Position numbers and translations under genes: made by a program
The notes under the pieces: model-generated
What the model saw: the letters and a program-made list of their open reading frames with translations, nothing else
Told to the model about the DNA's origin: nothing
Database searches by the model: none
Part shown: in pieces, positions 33,255 to 43,618 of the stretch
Numbering within the stretch: the first letter of the stretch is position 1
Layout: each line of letters begins with the position of its first letter
Virus record (IMG/VR): IMGVR_UViG_3300042290_000327
Coordinates: 1 to 64,000 of that record
Length of the DNA: 64,000 nucleotides
Direction: 5' to 3' (one strand)
Source: a virus

Positions 33255-33677
33255 ATGATAAATCCAATCCTTGCCATGTGCTTCTACGTAGCTAGCGTAA
33301 CTTCGAATGCTAACCTAGCCGGTATCGACAATCAAAAATTTACTTTCGGACTAAGACAGATCACCGAGGACGTTCTCAATGAAAGAGGTAATCCTTTGTG
33401 CGACCAAAGCGATAAAAATGCTAGCCCGGTTTACGTTACGGTGACTGAAATTAAAGCACCTACTCAAGGTATCAGAGTAGGACCTTTTGAGTTTAAGCAG
33501 AAGAAAACAATCGTTGAAGTAGATATCGCAATAGGTTCGACAGTCCACCACGGAGTAGGTAGAGCTAATACAAACGTTGCTGCTACGCTAATGCAGCTCC
33601 AGGATGAGACTCTTGCATTCGAAAGAACAGAATTTTCAGTAGCTGTTAAGAAAGCTATCGTTGACGCCCTAAAGTAG
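33255..33677 (+). CDS. hypothetical exported protein
   Basis: ORF ending secreted cluster. Confidence 0.7.
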   Translation: MINPILAMCFYVASVTSNANLAGIDNQKFTFGLRQITEDVLNERGNPLCDQSDKNASPVYVTVTEIKAPTQGIRVGPFEFKQKKTIVEVDIAIGSTVHHGVGRANTNVAATLMQLQDETLAFERTEFSVAVKKAIVDALK

Positions 33678-33754
33678 GTCTATTTATATCAAAGGGTTGC
33701 CGTAAATTGTTTTCTTAATTAGTTCTACAAGTTTAACTTTTTAAATAAAAATTT

Positions 33755-33997
33755 ATGGCATTTTGGGACATTTTTAAAGATAAAAATGACTTCAACGAGA
33801 AGACAATCGTTGGCTTTTTATCATTCTCGGTGATGGCTATCTTCGCAGGAGCAGACATAGTAACAGGTATTTTAGGTAACCAACTGGTAATCAGCGATAC
33901 AATCTTTAATTCATTTGTAATGATTACGCTAGGTGCATTTGGTATTGCAGAGGCAGGAAAGATTTTCGGAGGAAAGAAAGAAGAGAATAACGATTAA
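33755..33997 (+). CDS. holin-like 2-TM protein
   Basis: two TM segments, charged tail, directly upstream of endolysin. Confidence 0.55.
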   Translation: MAFWDIFKDKNDFNEKTIVGFLSFSVMAIFAGADIVTGILGNQLVISDTIFNSFVMITLGAFGIAEAGKIFGGKKEENND

Positions 33998-34007
33998 AAA
34001 TTAGATT

Positions 34008-34619
34008 ATGAGCTTAAAAAGTTTACAAGAGAAGATGGGTATAGCTGCTGACGGCGCTTTTGGTCCCGGAACAATGAAGAAAGCAATGGAGTTTTATAAG
34101 TTGACTCCAGTGAGAGCAGCTCACTTCTTCGCTCAAACAGCCCACGAAACAGGAGGCTTCAAAGCATTTTCAGAGAACCTAAACTACTCCGCCCAAGGCC
34201 TGCAAGGTATCTTCGGCAAGTACTTCCCCGGTAACCTCGAAGAGTCTTACGCCCGCCAGCCTGAAAAGATTGCAAACCGAGTCTACGCCGACAGGATGGG
34301 CAACGGAGCTGAAGCATCAGGAGATGGATACAAGTTCAGAGGCAGAGGAGCTCTTCAGTTGACTGGTAAAGCCAACTACGAAGCATTTGCAAAGTACTTA
34401 GGCAATGACGAGGTCTTGACTAACCCTGATACGGTTGCAACTAAGTATGCTTTCGAATCAGCTATGTTTTTCTTTGAAAGAAATAAGCTATGGACTATCT
34501 GTGATAAGGGCATCAACGATGCAGCTATCCTAGAGCTCACCAAGCGCATCAACGGCGGTACTCACGGACTTGAAGACAGAAATGCCAAGACCAAGAAGTA
34601 CTTCGAGTACGTAAAGTAA
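34008..34619 (+). CDS. endolysin, GH19 family with PG-binding N-terminus
   Basis: ADGAFGPGT; AHFFAQTAHETGG, FRGRGALQLTGKANY, TKRINGG. Confidence 0.92.
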   Translation: MSLKSLQEKMGIAADGAFGPGTMKKAMEFYKLTPVRAAHFFAQTAHETGGFKAFSENLNYSAQGLQGIFGKYFPGNLEESYARQPEKIANRVYADRMGNGAEASGDGYKFRGRGALQLTGKANYEAFAKYLGNDEVLTNPDTVATKYAFESAMFFFERNKLWTICDKGINDAAILELTKRINGGTHGLEDRNAKTKKYFEYVK

Positions 34620-35035
34620 TGAAACAAACTGCCATCTTTCTTTCCATCACCACTTCTCTTTCATTCGGCTGCTCTTATTTTCTAGAGCTGACAATGGGTA
34701 ATTTTGAGCAGTATCTTGCTCTGATTGCTGTAGTGTTTGTGGATGGGTTCTTCGGAATTATAGCCGGGATCAAGAGAGAGGGCTTCAAGACCTTTAAGGC
34801 TGTGAAGGTGCTGCAGAGAGCAATAACTTGGGTGGTGCTGCTGACTGTCATACTGATGGTAGAGAAAGGATTTGCAGGTACCAGTTGGTTATCTGAAACC
34901 ATTATCGTACCTTTCATACTTCTACAGCTTATAAGTGCTCTTAAGAATGCTTCGATGTCAGGCTACATTCAGATAGGGGATCTAAATAAGATCTTAGATC
35001 GAATAGATCCTCACAAAGGAGAAAGAAAAGAATAA
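34619..35035 (+). CDS. phage holin family protein
   Basis: 3 TM, VDGFFGII, ISALKNA pattern; adjacent to endolysin. Confidence 0.7.
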   Translation: MKQTAIFLSITTSLSFGCSYFLELTMGNFEQYLALIAVVFVDGFFGIIAGIKREGFKTFKAVKVLQRAITWVVLLTVILMVEKGFAGTSWLSETIIVPFILLQLISALKNASMSGYIQIGDLNKILDRIDPHKGERKE

Positions 35036-35040
35036 AAGAT

Positions 35041-35060
35041 AAGGCCCTTACGGGCTTTTT
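35041..35060 (+). terminator. intrinsic terminator
   Basis: AAGGCCC-TTAC-GGGCTTTTT. Confidence 0.65.
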
Positions 35061-35073
35061 CTATTTATAATAT

Positions 35074-36171
35074 ATGCAGAAGTTAAAGCCATACCTCTTC
35101 CCAATACTTGTAGGACTATCAGCACTATCAGTCTCTGCATCCGCTGCATTTTATTCTGTTAGTGGATTAACTAAGTTATTTGCTGGCGCCGCTCTAGAAG
35201 TAGCAATCATGGCCGGCTCTCTCGAAGTAGCTAAACTAGTAACAGCTTCTTTATTATACCAGTATTGGGATAAATTAAATAAAGGGCTGCGAACATACCT
35301 TGCAGTTGCTACTGTAGTGCTTATTATTATAACTTCTATGGGCATCTACGGCTTCTTATCAGCCGCTTATCAAGAAACAGCTAACAAAGCCAGCAATATT
35401 GACGCTAAAATTGCCCTTATAGAGACAAAGAGGGATAACATAAAGGAGCAGCTAGCAGTATATGCCTCTGAAAAAGAGTCTATCAACAGAGCGGTGAGTG
35501 ATTTAAGAGCAGGACTAGCTAACAATGTTATACGATATAAGGATAAAGACGGGAACCTTATTACTACTACATCTTCTGCTACTAGAACAGCTTTAGAAAA
35601 ACAGTTAGACCAGGCTATAGGGAGACAAGCTGCAATTAACGCTAAGGTAGATAAGTTTAACGATCAACTTTTTACATATGAAACTGATATAGTAAGTACT
35701 AATACCGGTAATGAGACAGCCGGGGAGCTAGGCCCATTAAAGTATCTATCAGGATTAACAGGAGTACCGATGGATAAGATTATAAATGCTTTGCTTTTAA
35801 TTATAATTTTTGTATTTGATCCCCTAGCAATTTCACTAGTAGTAGCAGCTAATTTTGCATTTACCCAGATTAAATTAAAGATTAAAGAAGAGGAGGAAGT
35901 ACCTGAAAGTCTTCCTATATTAGAAGGAGAAAGTATTCAAGAACTACACCAAGAAGACCTAGCTATAGAACAGCCACCAGCTGCCCCTTCTAAAACATAC
36001 TCAGGAGACAGTTATCAAAAATTAGCTCGACAACCCGGTCACTATTACAAAGACATGAAAATTGAGAAAGTAGTAAATAAGGCTGGACGTACTTGGGATA
36101 TTGTTGTAGGAGATAAGAGATACAAGATAGATAAAAGAGATATAGAAATAGTAAGTAGGCTCAAAGAATAG
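35074..36171 (+). CDS. multi-TM membrane protein with coiled coil
   Basis: 3 N-terminal TM, coiled coil, FVFDPLA TM. Confidence 0.7.
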   Translation: MQKLKPYLFPILVGLSALSVSASAAFYSVSGLTKLFAGAALEVAIMAGSLEVAKLVTASLLYQYWDKLNKGLRTYLAVATVVLIIITSMGIYGFLSAAYQETANKASNIDAKIALIETKRDNIKEQLAVYASEKESINRAVSDLRAGLANNVIRYKDKDGNLITTTSSATRTALEKQLDQAIGRQAAINAKVDKFNDQLFTYETDIVSTNTGNETAGELGPLKYLSGLTGVPMDKIINALLLIIIFVFDPLAISLVVAANFAFTQIKLKIKEEEEVPESLPILEGESIQELHQEDLAIEQPPAAPSKTYSGDSYQKLARQPGHYYKDMKIEKVVNKAGRTWDIVVGDKRYKIDKRDIEIVSRLKE

Positions 36172-36206
36172 TTGAACTTCTAAGCAAAAGTTCGTATATT
36201 AAGGTT

Positions 36207-36566
36207 ATGAATGATAAGAAAGTTACTGCTCAAGCGAGCGCCGTTGAGATTCTAAAGAAAGAATACCCGACCATCTATAACGGATATACTCAGATCCAGC
36301 AAGAGCAACTAGAACTCTTTGCTAAGAAGCACCTTGATTACGGGATGCATAACATCACTGCAGGCACCCAGCTCGCTACTGAAGATGAGATTGGCTTTGC
36401 TCTGACCGGGCTCTGGTATCGGATCTCCGATAAAGTAAGCCGATGGAAGAATCTGCTTATTAATCGACGAAGTGTTCAGAACGAATCCTTGATGGATACT
36501 TACCAGGACCTGGCTAACTACGGCATCATAGCTCAGTTAGTAGCTAGGGGGATGTGGAAGAAGTAA
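36207..36566 (+). CDS. nucleotide-modification associated domain protein (DUF1599/Nmad1-like)
   Basis: KKHLDYG, RISDK..R, DTYQDLANYGII. Confidence 0.7.
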   Translation: MNDKKVTAQASAVEILKKEYPTIYNGYTQIQQEQLELFAKKHLDYGMHNITAGTQLATEDEIGFALTGLWYRISDKVSRWKNLLINRRSVQNESLMDTYQDLANYGIIAQLVARGMWKK

Positions 36567-36567
36567 G

Positions 36568-37506
36568 ATGGCAAAAAAGAAACTTCCTAAGGAGGTAAGC
36601 CTGGTTCGTGAATATGAAGTAGAGAAGTACGACACGAAGGAGAATAAAAACATCTCCTACAGTCAATACTCAATCTACAGTACGTGTCCACATCAGTGGT
36701 ACCTTTCGTATCCGAAAAAGCTAGCACCTTATACTCCTAGCATCCATACTGTCTTCGGGACTGCACTTCATGAGACAGTCCAGAACTGGCTTGATGTACT
36801 TTTTAATGAGTCCGTGAAAGCTTCTAATGAGATCGATCTACCGGCCTATCTTATGGACCGGTTAAAGAAGACTTACAAGAAGGAGAGGTTTAGTAACGGA
36901 AACAAAGACTTCACCACTCCAGCTCAGCTCCAGGAATTCCACAACGACGGAATAGCGATACTAGACTACCTAAAAAAGAAACGAGCTATCTACTTTAGCA
37001 CCAAGGGCACATACTTAGTAGGGGTAGAGATTCCGCTTATCCAGAAGCTTAAACCCGGGCTATACTTCAAAGCCTACCTGGACTTAGTCTTCTTTAACGA
37101 AGTTACAGGAAAGTATTTGATATTAGATATCAAGACTTCGACCAAGGGATGGAGTGACTATGAGAAGAAAAGCGATACTAAGATCTCTCAGATTCTATTC
37201 TATAAAGAATTCTTCGCCCAGCAGTTCGGTACTGATGTAGATAGCATCAACGTAGAATTTTTTATCGTTAGAAGGAAAATATTTGAAGGAGGGGAGTTCG
37301 TACCTAAGAGGGTGCAGCAATTCCGACCTGCTTCAGGAAAGATCAAAAGAGGACAGGTGATGTCTGGTTTGAATAGGTTTGTGGAGGAAGCCTTTAATAA
37401 CTCCGGTGAATATATAGAAAAAGATTTTACTAAGAACGCATCAAAGAACAACTGTAGATTCTGTCCATTTAACAAAAGCCCTCTCTGCAATGCAGCTATT
37501 CTGTAG
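36568..37506 (+). CDS. PD-(D/E)XK RecB/Cas4-like exonuclease
   Basis: SYSQ...CP, GTALHE, LDL, ILDIKT, CRFCPF..C. Confidence 0.85.
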   Translation: MAKKKLPKEVSLVREYEVEKYDTKENKNISYSQYSIYSTCPHQWYLSYPKKLAPYTPSIHTVFGTALHETVQNWLDVLFNESVKASNEIDLPAYLMDRLKKTYKKERFSNGNKDFTTPAQLQEFHNDGIAILDYLKKKRAIYFSTKGTYLVGVEIPLIQKLKPGLYFKAYLDLVFFNEVTGKYLILDIKTSTKGWSDYEKKSDTKISQILFYKEFFAQQFGTDVDSINVEFFIVRRKIFEGGEFVPKRVQQFRPASGKIKRGQVMSGLNRFVEEAFNNSGEYIEKDFTKNASKNNCRFCPFNKSPLCNAAIL

Positions 37507-37545
37507 CCACAGCCTATTTATATATGTATATATAAAACAAAGGCT

Positions 37546-37728
37546 ATGGACAACAAAAAGCTGACAAGCGTCAAAGTAGAGCAGCAGTTATTCGATGAGT
37601 TTAAAGTTCAATGCGTACGCTATAAATTTTCATTCCAAAAGTTGGCAGATAGAGCGATCTTTTTCTATCTTACGGATGATACGTTTAGAAACAAAGTACA
37701 TAATCAGAACGATTTAAACATAAAATAA
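37546..37728 (+). CDS. small ribbon-helix-helix-like protein
   Basis: LTSVKV beta strand followed by two helices. Confidence 0.55.
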   Translation: MDNKKLTSVKVEQQLFDEFKVQCVRYKFSFQKLADRAIFFYLTDDTFRNKVHNQNDLNIK

Positions 37729-39173
37729 TGCAAGACAAATTTGGTTATATTGAGCAGAAAAATCGAAAGAAGATTCTTCTGCTATGTGATGATATAAGGC
37801 TGCACTCCGGAGTCGCTACTATGGCGAGAGAGATTGTAGTAGGTACCTCCCACCACTTTAACTGGGTGAATCTAGGAGGGGCGATGAAGCACCCTGACGA
37901 GAAGAAAGCTTTCGACCTCTCTGAAGATGTAAACAAACAGAATGGAATTCAGGATGCTAGTGTTAAGCTTTATGCAACATCCGGTTACGGGACAGCTGAC
38001 ATAGTCAGGGAACTTATCAGGACTGAGAAGCCAGATGCAATACTGCACTTCACCGATCCCAGGTACTGGACTTGGTTGTATGATATCGAAAGAGAGATCA
38101 GGCAACAAATTCCTTTGCTGTACTTGAATATCTGGGACGATTATCCGGCTCCGCTATACAATAAGGCTTACTACGAGTGCTGTGACTTGCTGATGGGAAT
38201 CTCTAAGCAGACTACCAACATTAATAAGCTTGTATTAGAAGAAGCTGCTGGTAAGAAAATTATTGAATATGTTCCTCACGGCATCAATCAAAAGTATTTC
38301 TTTCCTATCACTCCTGAGTATAAGAACTTTGACAAGTATCAGGAGTTTAGAAAGACTATCTTTGAAGGCAAAGAGATCGACTATGTAGTGTTCTGGAACT
38401 CTAGAAATATTAGACGTAAGTCACCCGGTGATGTTATATTAGCCTACCGAAACTTCTGCGATAAGATTGGTGTTGAGAAAGCTAAGAAGTGTGCTCTGAT
38501 AATGCATACCCAGCCCGTGGACGAAAATGGAACTGATCTATATGCCGTAAGAGAGGCTGTATGCGACTCATCATACGTGAATGTATTCTTCTCTCAGGAA
38601 AGACTCGGTACCGAATCAATGAACTGGCTTTATAATCTAGCCGACGTCACTGTGCTGATCTCTTCTAACGAAGGTTGGGGTTTAAGTCTGACTGAATCTA
38701 TGATGGCCGGGACTATGATCATCGGTAATGTTACCGGTGGGATGCAAGATCAGATGAGGTTTGTTGATCACAAAGGTGAATGGTATACTCCTTCATTTGA
38801 AGTACCTTCCAACCATATGGGGACTTATAAGGAGCATGGTGAGTGGGTAGTACCAGTCTTCCCTTCTAACATTTCACTAGTAGGTTCAGTTCCGACTCCC
38901 TACATCTTCGATGATAGATGTGACTTTAGAGATGTAACGGATGCTATCCTCAAGGTCTATGAGATGTCAAGCCAGGAGAGGCAGAGCAGAGGAGCAGCCG
39001 GCCGAGAGTGGGCTCTATCAGAAGAATCAATGATGTCAGCTGATAACATGGGTAGAAATATTATTAAGTATATTGATAGGACTTTTCAGGAGTTTACTCC
39101 TCGTACCAGCTACGATATCATTAAGGTAAAGGATGTAGAAAAAAAATATGTTAAACACCCAATAGTCTACTAA
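37728..39173 (+). CDS. glycosyltransferase family 4
   Basis: VPHGI, RNIRRK, EGWGLSLTESM. Confidence 0.85.
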   Translation: MQDKFGYIEQKNRKKILLLCDDIRLHSGVATMAREIVVGTSHHFNWVNLGGAMKHPDEKKAFDLSEDVNKQNGIQDASVKLYATSGYGTADIVRELIRTEKPDAILHFTDPRYWTWLYDIEREIRQQIPLLYLNIWDDYPAPLYNKAYYECCDLLMGISKQTTNINKLVLEEAAGKKIIEYVPHGINQKYFFPITPEYKNFDKYQEFRKTIFEGKEIDYVVFWNSRNIRRKSPGDVILAYRNFCDKIGVEKAKKCALIMHTQPVDENGTDLYAVREAVCDSSYVNVFFSQERLGTESMNWLYNLADVTVLISSNEGWGLSLTESMMAGTMIIGNVTGGMQDQMRFVDHKGEWYTPSFEVPSNHMGTYKEHGEWVVPVFPSNISLVGSVPTPYIFDDRCDFRDVTDAILKVYEMSSQERQSRGAAGREWALSEESMMSADNMGRNIIKYIDRTFQEFTPRTSYDIIKVKDVEKKYVKHPIVY

Positions 39174-40483
39174 TGGATAAAATTTCAGTTATAGTTAGCT
39201 GCCCGATCGATACTTACAGCGGTTACGGTGGGCGGTCAAGAGATCTCGTTAAGGCTCTTCTTAAGTCAGGTAAGTACGATGTTAAGATTTTAGGTCAGCG
39301 CTGGGGCAGTACTCGATTCGGATATCTCAAAGAGCATTCCGAGCATGAGCTCGCTTCCCTTATAGTACCTTCGATTACAAGGAAACCTAACCTTTGGATT
39401 CAGATTACAGTACCTAACGAATTCCAGGTAGTAGGAGATTATAATATCGGTATCACAGCCGGTATTGAAACCACTGTTTGTGATCCTAGTTGGATTGAAG
39501 GTTTGAATAGGATGGACCTTAACTTGGTGTCATCTGAGCATTCTAAAGAAACCTTTCAACGGTCTCAGTTTAACATTGAAGAGAACGGCAAAGTCAAAGG
39601 ACAGGTGAAGTTACAAAAACCTGTTGAGGTATTATTTGAAGGAGCTGATCTCACTAAGTACCTCCCGACCACTTCAAAGTTTAACCTCGAAAGCATTCAG
39701 GAAGAGTTCGCCTACCTATTTGTAGGACATTGGCTACAAGGTAACGTAGGTCAAGACAGAAAGAATGTAGGGTATATGGTTAAAATTTTCTTAGAAGTAT
39801 TTAAGAATAAAAAAAAGCAACCTGCTCTAATTTTAAAGACTCAGTCAGCTAATGCCTCTATCCTTGATAGGGATCAGCTGCTGCAAAAAATTGATGCTAT
39901 AAGAAAGACCGTTAAAGGTTCACTACCTAACATCTATATAATCCACGGGGAGATGTCCGATCAGGAGATTAACCATCTCTACAATCACCCTAAAGTAAAA
40001 GCAATGATTAGCTTCACAAAGGGAGAAGGCTTCGGAAGACCTCTACTAGAGTTCAGTTTAATTAACAAACCTATTATTGCCTGCAACTGGTCCGGTCATG
40101 TTGACTTCCTGGATAAGGAATTTTGCTATCTAGTCAACGGAACCTTAACCAATGTTGATAAGAGCGCTGCAGTAGATAAGATGCTTTTAAAAGAATCTCA
40201 ATGGTTTACCCCTAACGATTCTGAAGCAGCTACCGCTCTCCGACTTGTCTTTGAAGACTATAAAAAGTACGCAGAGCTGGCTAAAAGACAGGGTTATAAG
40301 TCTCGTACAAGCTTTAGCTGGGAGAAGATGGCAGAGCAATTAGATACAATTCTAACAGCTAATCTCCCCACCTTCACCAAGCAGGTAGAGCTCAAGCTTC
40401 CTACTTTGAATCTTCCTAAACTGCAGAAAGTAGATGAACTGCCAGAACTTAAACTACCTAAACTAAAAAAAATAAATGGATAA
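39173..40483 (+). CDS. glycosyltransferase family 4
   Basis: SGYG, DRKN, EGFGRPLLEF, WSGHVDF. Confidence 0.85.
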   Translation: MDKISVIVSCPIDTYSGYGGRSRDLVKALLKSGKYDVKILGQRWGSTRFGYLKEHSEHELASLIVPSITRKPNLWIQITVPNEFQVVGDYNIGITAGIETTVCDPSWIEGLNRMDLNLVSSEHSKETFQRSQFNIEENGKVKGQVKLQKPVEVLFEGADLTKYLPTTSKFNLESIQEEFAYLFVGHWLQGNVGQDRKNVGYMVKIFLEVFKNKKKQPALILKTQSANASILDRDQLLQKIDAIRKTVKGSLPNIYIIHGEMSDQEINHLYNHPKVKAMISFTKGEGFGRPLLEFSLINKPIIACNWSGHVDFLDKEFCYLVNGTLTNVDKSAAVDKMLLKESQWFTPNDSEAATALRLVFEDYKKYAELAKRQGYKSRTSFSWEKMAEQLDTILTANLPTFTKQVELKLPTLNLPKLQKVDELPELKLPKLKKING

Positions 40484-40913
40484 GTTAACCGATTGCAAGA
40501 GATGTGGCTCCAATGCCTGCTACGAACAGCACGTCACCGACAAGCTAACGACGTGGCTTTGTATGGGGTGCGGGTTCACAACCTCAACAGTTATGACTGA
40601 AGGCAGTCAAGCTACTACGAATGCTTTAGAATCTTCTCCAGAGCTCTACAAAGACCTCCTTCATAAAGACCAGGACGGGAACATCTGGATGCCTGCTACG
40701 GTGACATTGCCGGGTAGAGGGATGGTTTTCATAGACGGAACTACTAAGGAGAACTGGGTATGGACTGCTGTTAAAGCTATTGAGATTCTAAAAGAGGAAC
40801 AGCACAAGTACCCTGAAGGTCAGACCCATAAAATGGATATGAAAGGAGCCCGGAACTTCAAGCAAAGAGACTTTATGGATGCTCTAGAGGTAATTGAGTT
40901 TTACGCAATGTAA
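40476..40913 (+). CDS. zinc-finger hypothetical protein
   Basis: CKRC...CMGC. Confidence 0.7.
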   Translation: MDKLTDCKRCGSNACYEQHVTDKLTTWLCMGCGFTTSTVMTEGSQATTNALESSPELYKDLLHKDQDGNIWMPATVTLPGRGMVFIDGTTKENWVWTAVKAIEILKEEQHKYPEGQTHKMDMKGARNFKQRDFMDALEVIEFYAM

Positions 40914-41539
40914 TGAAAATTAGTTATGCTGTAACGGTTTGTAATGAGCTTGTAGAGATACAGCGGCTACTCCCTTACCTGATTGAAAATAAGAGGAAAG
41001 AAGATGAGATAGTTATCTTCTATGATTCCAATAATGGAAGTAAGTCAGTTGATGAGTACTTAAGAAGCTTATCTTCTAATACCTTTGCTCCATTCCGCTC
41101 TATACATTACCACTTCGATGGGCATTTTGCTAATATGAAGAACGCTTTGACGGAAGCCTGTCTAGGAGATTACATATTTCAGATCGATGCTGACGAAGTA
41201 CCTAACCTACACTTACTTCAATACCTCCCCACCCTACTAGAGGCTAATGAAATAGAAGTACTAAGGGTACCTAGAGTCAATACAGTTCATGGACTAACTT
41301 CGGAACATACCCGGAAGTGGGGATGGACTGTTGACAATCACGGAAGGGTTAACTGGCCCGACCTCCAATGGAGGATCTATGCCAACAATGGAAAGATTAA
41401 ATGGAAAAATAAAGTCCATGAAGTGTTGGAAGGATACCAAACTTACGCTATATTGCCTTTAGAGGTGGAGTATAGTCTGAGTCACCACAAGTATATTGAT
41501 AGGCAGGAGCGACAAAACGAATTTTACAGTACGTTATGA
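40913..41539 (+). CDS. glycosyltransferase family 2
   Basis: KISYAVT..NE, IDADE, KVHE. Confidence 0.85.
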   Translation: MKISYAVTVCNELVEIQRLLPYLIENKRKEDEIVIFYDSNNGSKSVDEYLRSLSSNTFAPFRSIHYHFDGHFANMKNALTEACLGDYIFQIDADEVPNLHLLQYLPTLLEANEIEVLRVPRVNTVHGLTSEHTRKWGWTVDNHGRVNWPDLQWRIYANNGKIKWKNKVHEVLEGYQTYAILPLEVEYSLSHHKYIDRQERQNEFYSTL

Positions 41540-42678
41540 AAAAAATTTGGTATGCTCCGTATAAGTTTGAATCTTACGGAGAAGAAGAGATTAAAGCAGT
41601 AGAAGAATCTCTCCGTTCAGGATGGCTAGGAGGACAAGGTCCTAAGTCGGGTGAATTTGAAGAAAAGATTGCTGCCCGCTTTGGTAAGAAGTACGGTTTA
41701 TTTGTTAACTCCGGGTCATCTGCCTGTTTATTAGCTATTGCAGCTTTAAATCTACCTAAGGGAAGTAAGATTATTACACCTGCTTGTACATTCTCAACTA
41801 CTCTAGCTCCTATCCTACAGCTAGGATACAGGCCGGTATTTGTAGATGTGAGCTTAAGTGATTATGTTGCTAATCTCGATCAAGTAGTAGCAGCTATTAC
41901 TCCGGATGTAAAAGCAATTATGCTACCAAACCTCATTGGTAACAAGCCTGATTGGAAGCGTCTTAGGCAAGAAATTAGACTACTAGGTAGAGCCGATATA
42001 TACCTAATCGAAGACTCAGCTGATACAATCACAGAGACTCTAGAGTCTGATATTGCTACTACTAGCTTCTATGCCTCACACGTTATTACAGCCGGCGGAG
42101 TAGGCGGCATGGTTATGTTTAACGATAAGAAACACGTTACGTTAGCCCTTCAGTACAGAGACTGGGGCCGCCTAGGAGACGATTCTGAAATTATGGACGA
42201 CCGCTTTAACCACATTGTGGACGGTATTCCTTACGATCACAAGTTTCTATATTCGGTACTGGGCTATCATATGAAGGCAAGTGAAATGAATGCTGCTTTC
42301 GGACTAGTTCAATTAAGCCGTTTTAAAAAGTTCGCACAAATTCGTAGAGCAAATATCGAACGATACATTGAGAACCTCTATGGGGTAGGAGACCTAATCC
42401 TTCCAGATGATTCAATTAAACCAAACTGGCTTGCTCTTCCTCTGCAAACTGAACGTCGTTTTGAACTACTTACATTCTTAGAAAATAATAACATTCAGAC
42501 CCGTGTAACGTTTGCTGGTAATGTAACCCGTCACCCAGCCTATAGAGAGTTCTTACAGGATTTCGAAAACGCAGATACTATTATGAAAAATGGTTTCTTG
42601 TTAGGAGCACACCACGGAATGACTATCGAGGATGTAGATTACGTCTGCGATAAGATTAAAGATTTTTTTAACCGGTGA
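41536..42678 (+). CDS. DegT-family PLP/PMP enzyme, RfbH/ColD-like 3-dehydratase
   Basis: VNSGSSA, IEDSAD, SFYASHVIT (His at catalytic Lys position). Confidence 0.8.
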   Translation: MKKIWYAPYKFESYGEEEIKAVEESLRSGWLGGQGPKSGEFEEKIAARFGKKYGLFVNSGSSACLLAIAALNLPKGSKIITPACTFSTTLAPILQLGYRPVFVDVSLSDYVANLDQVVAAITPDVKAIMLPNLIGNKPDWKRLRQEIRLLGRADIYLIEDSADTITETLESDIATTSFYASHVITAGGVGGMVMFNDKKHVTLALQYRDWGRLGDDSEIMDDRFNHIVDGIPYDHKFLYSVLGYHMKASEMNAAFGLVQLSRFKKFAQIRRANIERYIENLYGVGDLILPDDSIKPNWLALPLQTERRFELLTFLENNNIQTRVTFAGNVTRHPAYREFLQDFENADTIMKNGFLLGAHHGMTIEDVDYVCDKIKDFFNR

Positions 42679-43397
42679 AAGTAGTTATTCTCGGTAACGG
42701 CTTACTAGGCACAGAGCTTGTAAAGCAATCAAGATGGGATATTATTTCTCGTAAAGAAGATGGCTTTGATATTACAAATCCCTCTACATTCGACCTCTTG
42801 CTAGAATGTACAGAAGATCTGCATTTAGGAAAAGCTATATGTAAAGCTAGGTATGACACAGTTATTAACTGTATAGCATTTACAGACACCTACTCTGAAG
42901 ATAAAAGTAAGCACTGGGGTGTAAACTACAGAGGAGTAGCTGACCTCGTTAAATTTTGCAATACCTGGGATATAAAACTGGTGCACATTTCTACTGATTA
43001 TGTATACGCTAACTCTATCGGGATACCTTCCGAAGAAGACGTACCAGTGCATCAGGCAACGCATTACGCACATACTAAATTGCTAGCGGATGGGTATGTA
43101 GAGTTAAAAGCTATTCACTATTTGATTATCAGAGCCACTCACAAATCCTATCCTTTTCCTTATAAAGGAGCTTGGATAGATCAGCTAGGGAACTTTGACT
43201 ACGTAAATGTTATAGCAGCTGGAATTATTAAGAGTATTGAAAAGCAGGTAGAGGGGGTCTTAAATATAGGAACAGAGTTTAAAAGTATGTTTAACCTGGC
43301 CCGAAGAACCAACCCTACTGTAACTCCTATACGAATCAAAGATATAAAAATACCTCTGAACACGCAGATGGATGTAAGCAAGTTTAATAGTTTATGA
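42675..43397 (+). CDS. RmlD-like NDP-sugar reductase
   Basis: GNGLLG, INCIAFT, HISTDYVY, YAHTK. Confidence 0.8.
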   Translation: MKVVILGNGLLGTELVKQSRWDIISRKEDGFDITNPSTFDLLLECTEDLHLGKAICKARYDTVINCIAFTDTYSEDKSKHWGVNYRGVADLVKFCNTWDIKLVHISTDYVYANSIGIPSEEDVPVHQATHYAHTKLLADGYVELKAIHYLIIRATHKSYPFPYKGAWIDQLGNFDYVNVIAAGIIKSIEKQVEGVLNIGTEFKSMFNLARRTNPTVTPIRIKDIKIPLNTQMDVSKFNSL

Positions 43398-43618
43398 AAC
43401 TTCATATAGCACTACCTAAAATTAGGACTAATCCTAGGCAAGAATTTAAATGTCCAGACAAACCAGTCTCTCAGCTTAAATATAATAACCTAGACTTTCA
43501 AATATATTTTGTCGCAAATGTACCTGATCCCGAGTTTAGTAGCTATTCTACTACCTTAAACAAGATACAGGAGAGTATTTTAAATCTTGAATTTAGTATT
43601 TTAAGCGAAACTTTATGA
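43394..43618 (+). CDS. hypothetical protein
   Basis: ORF coupled at both ends. Confidence 0.5.
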   Translation: MKLHIALPKIRTNPRQEFKCPDKPVSQLKYNNLDFQIYFVANVPDPEFSSYSTTLNKIQESILNLEFSILSETL

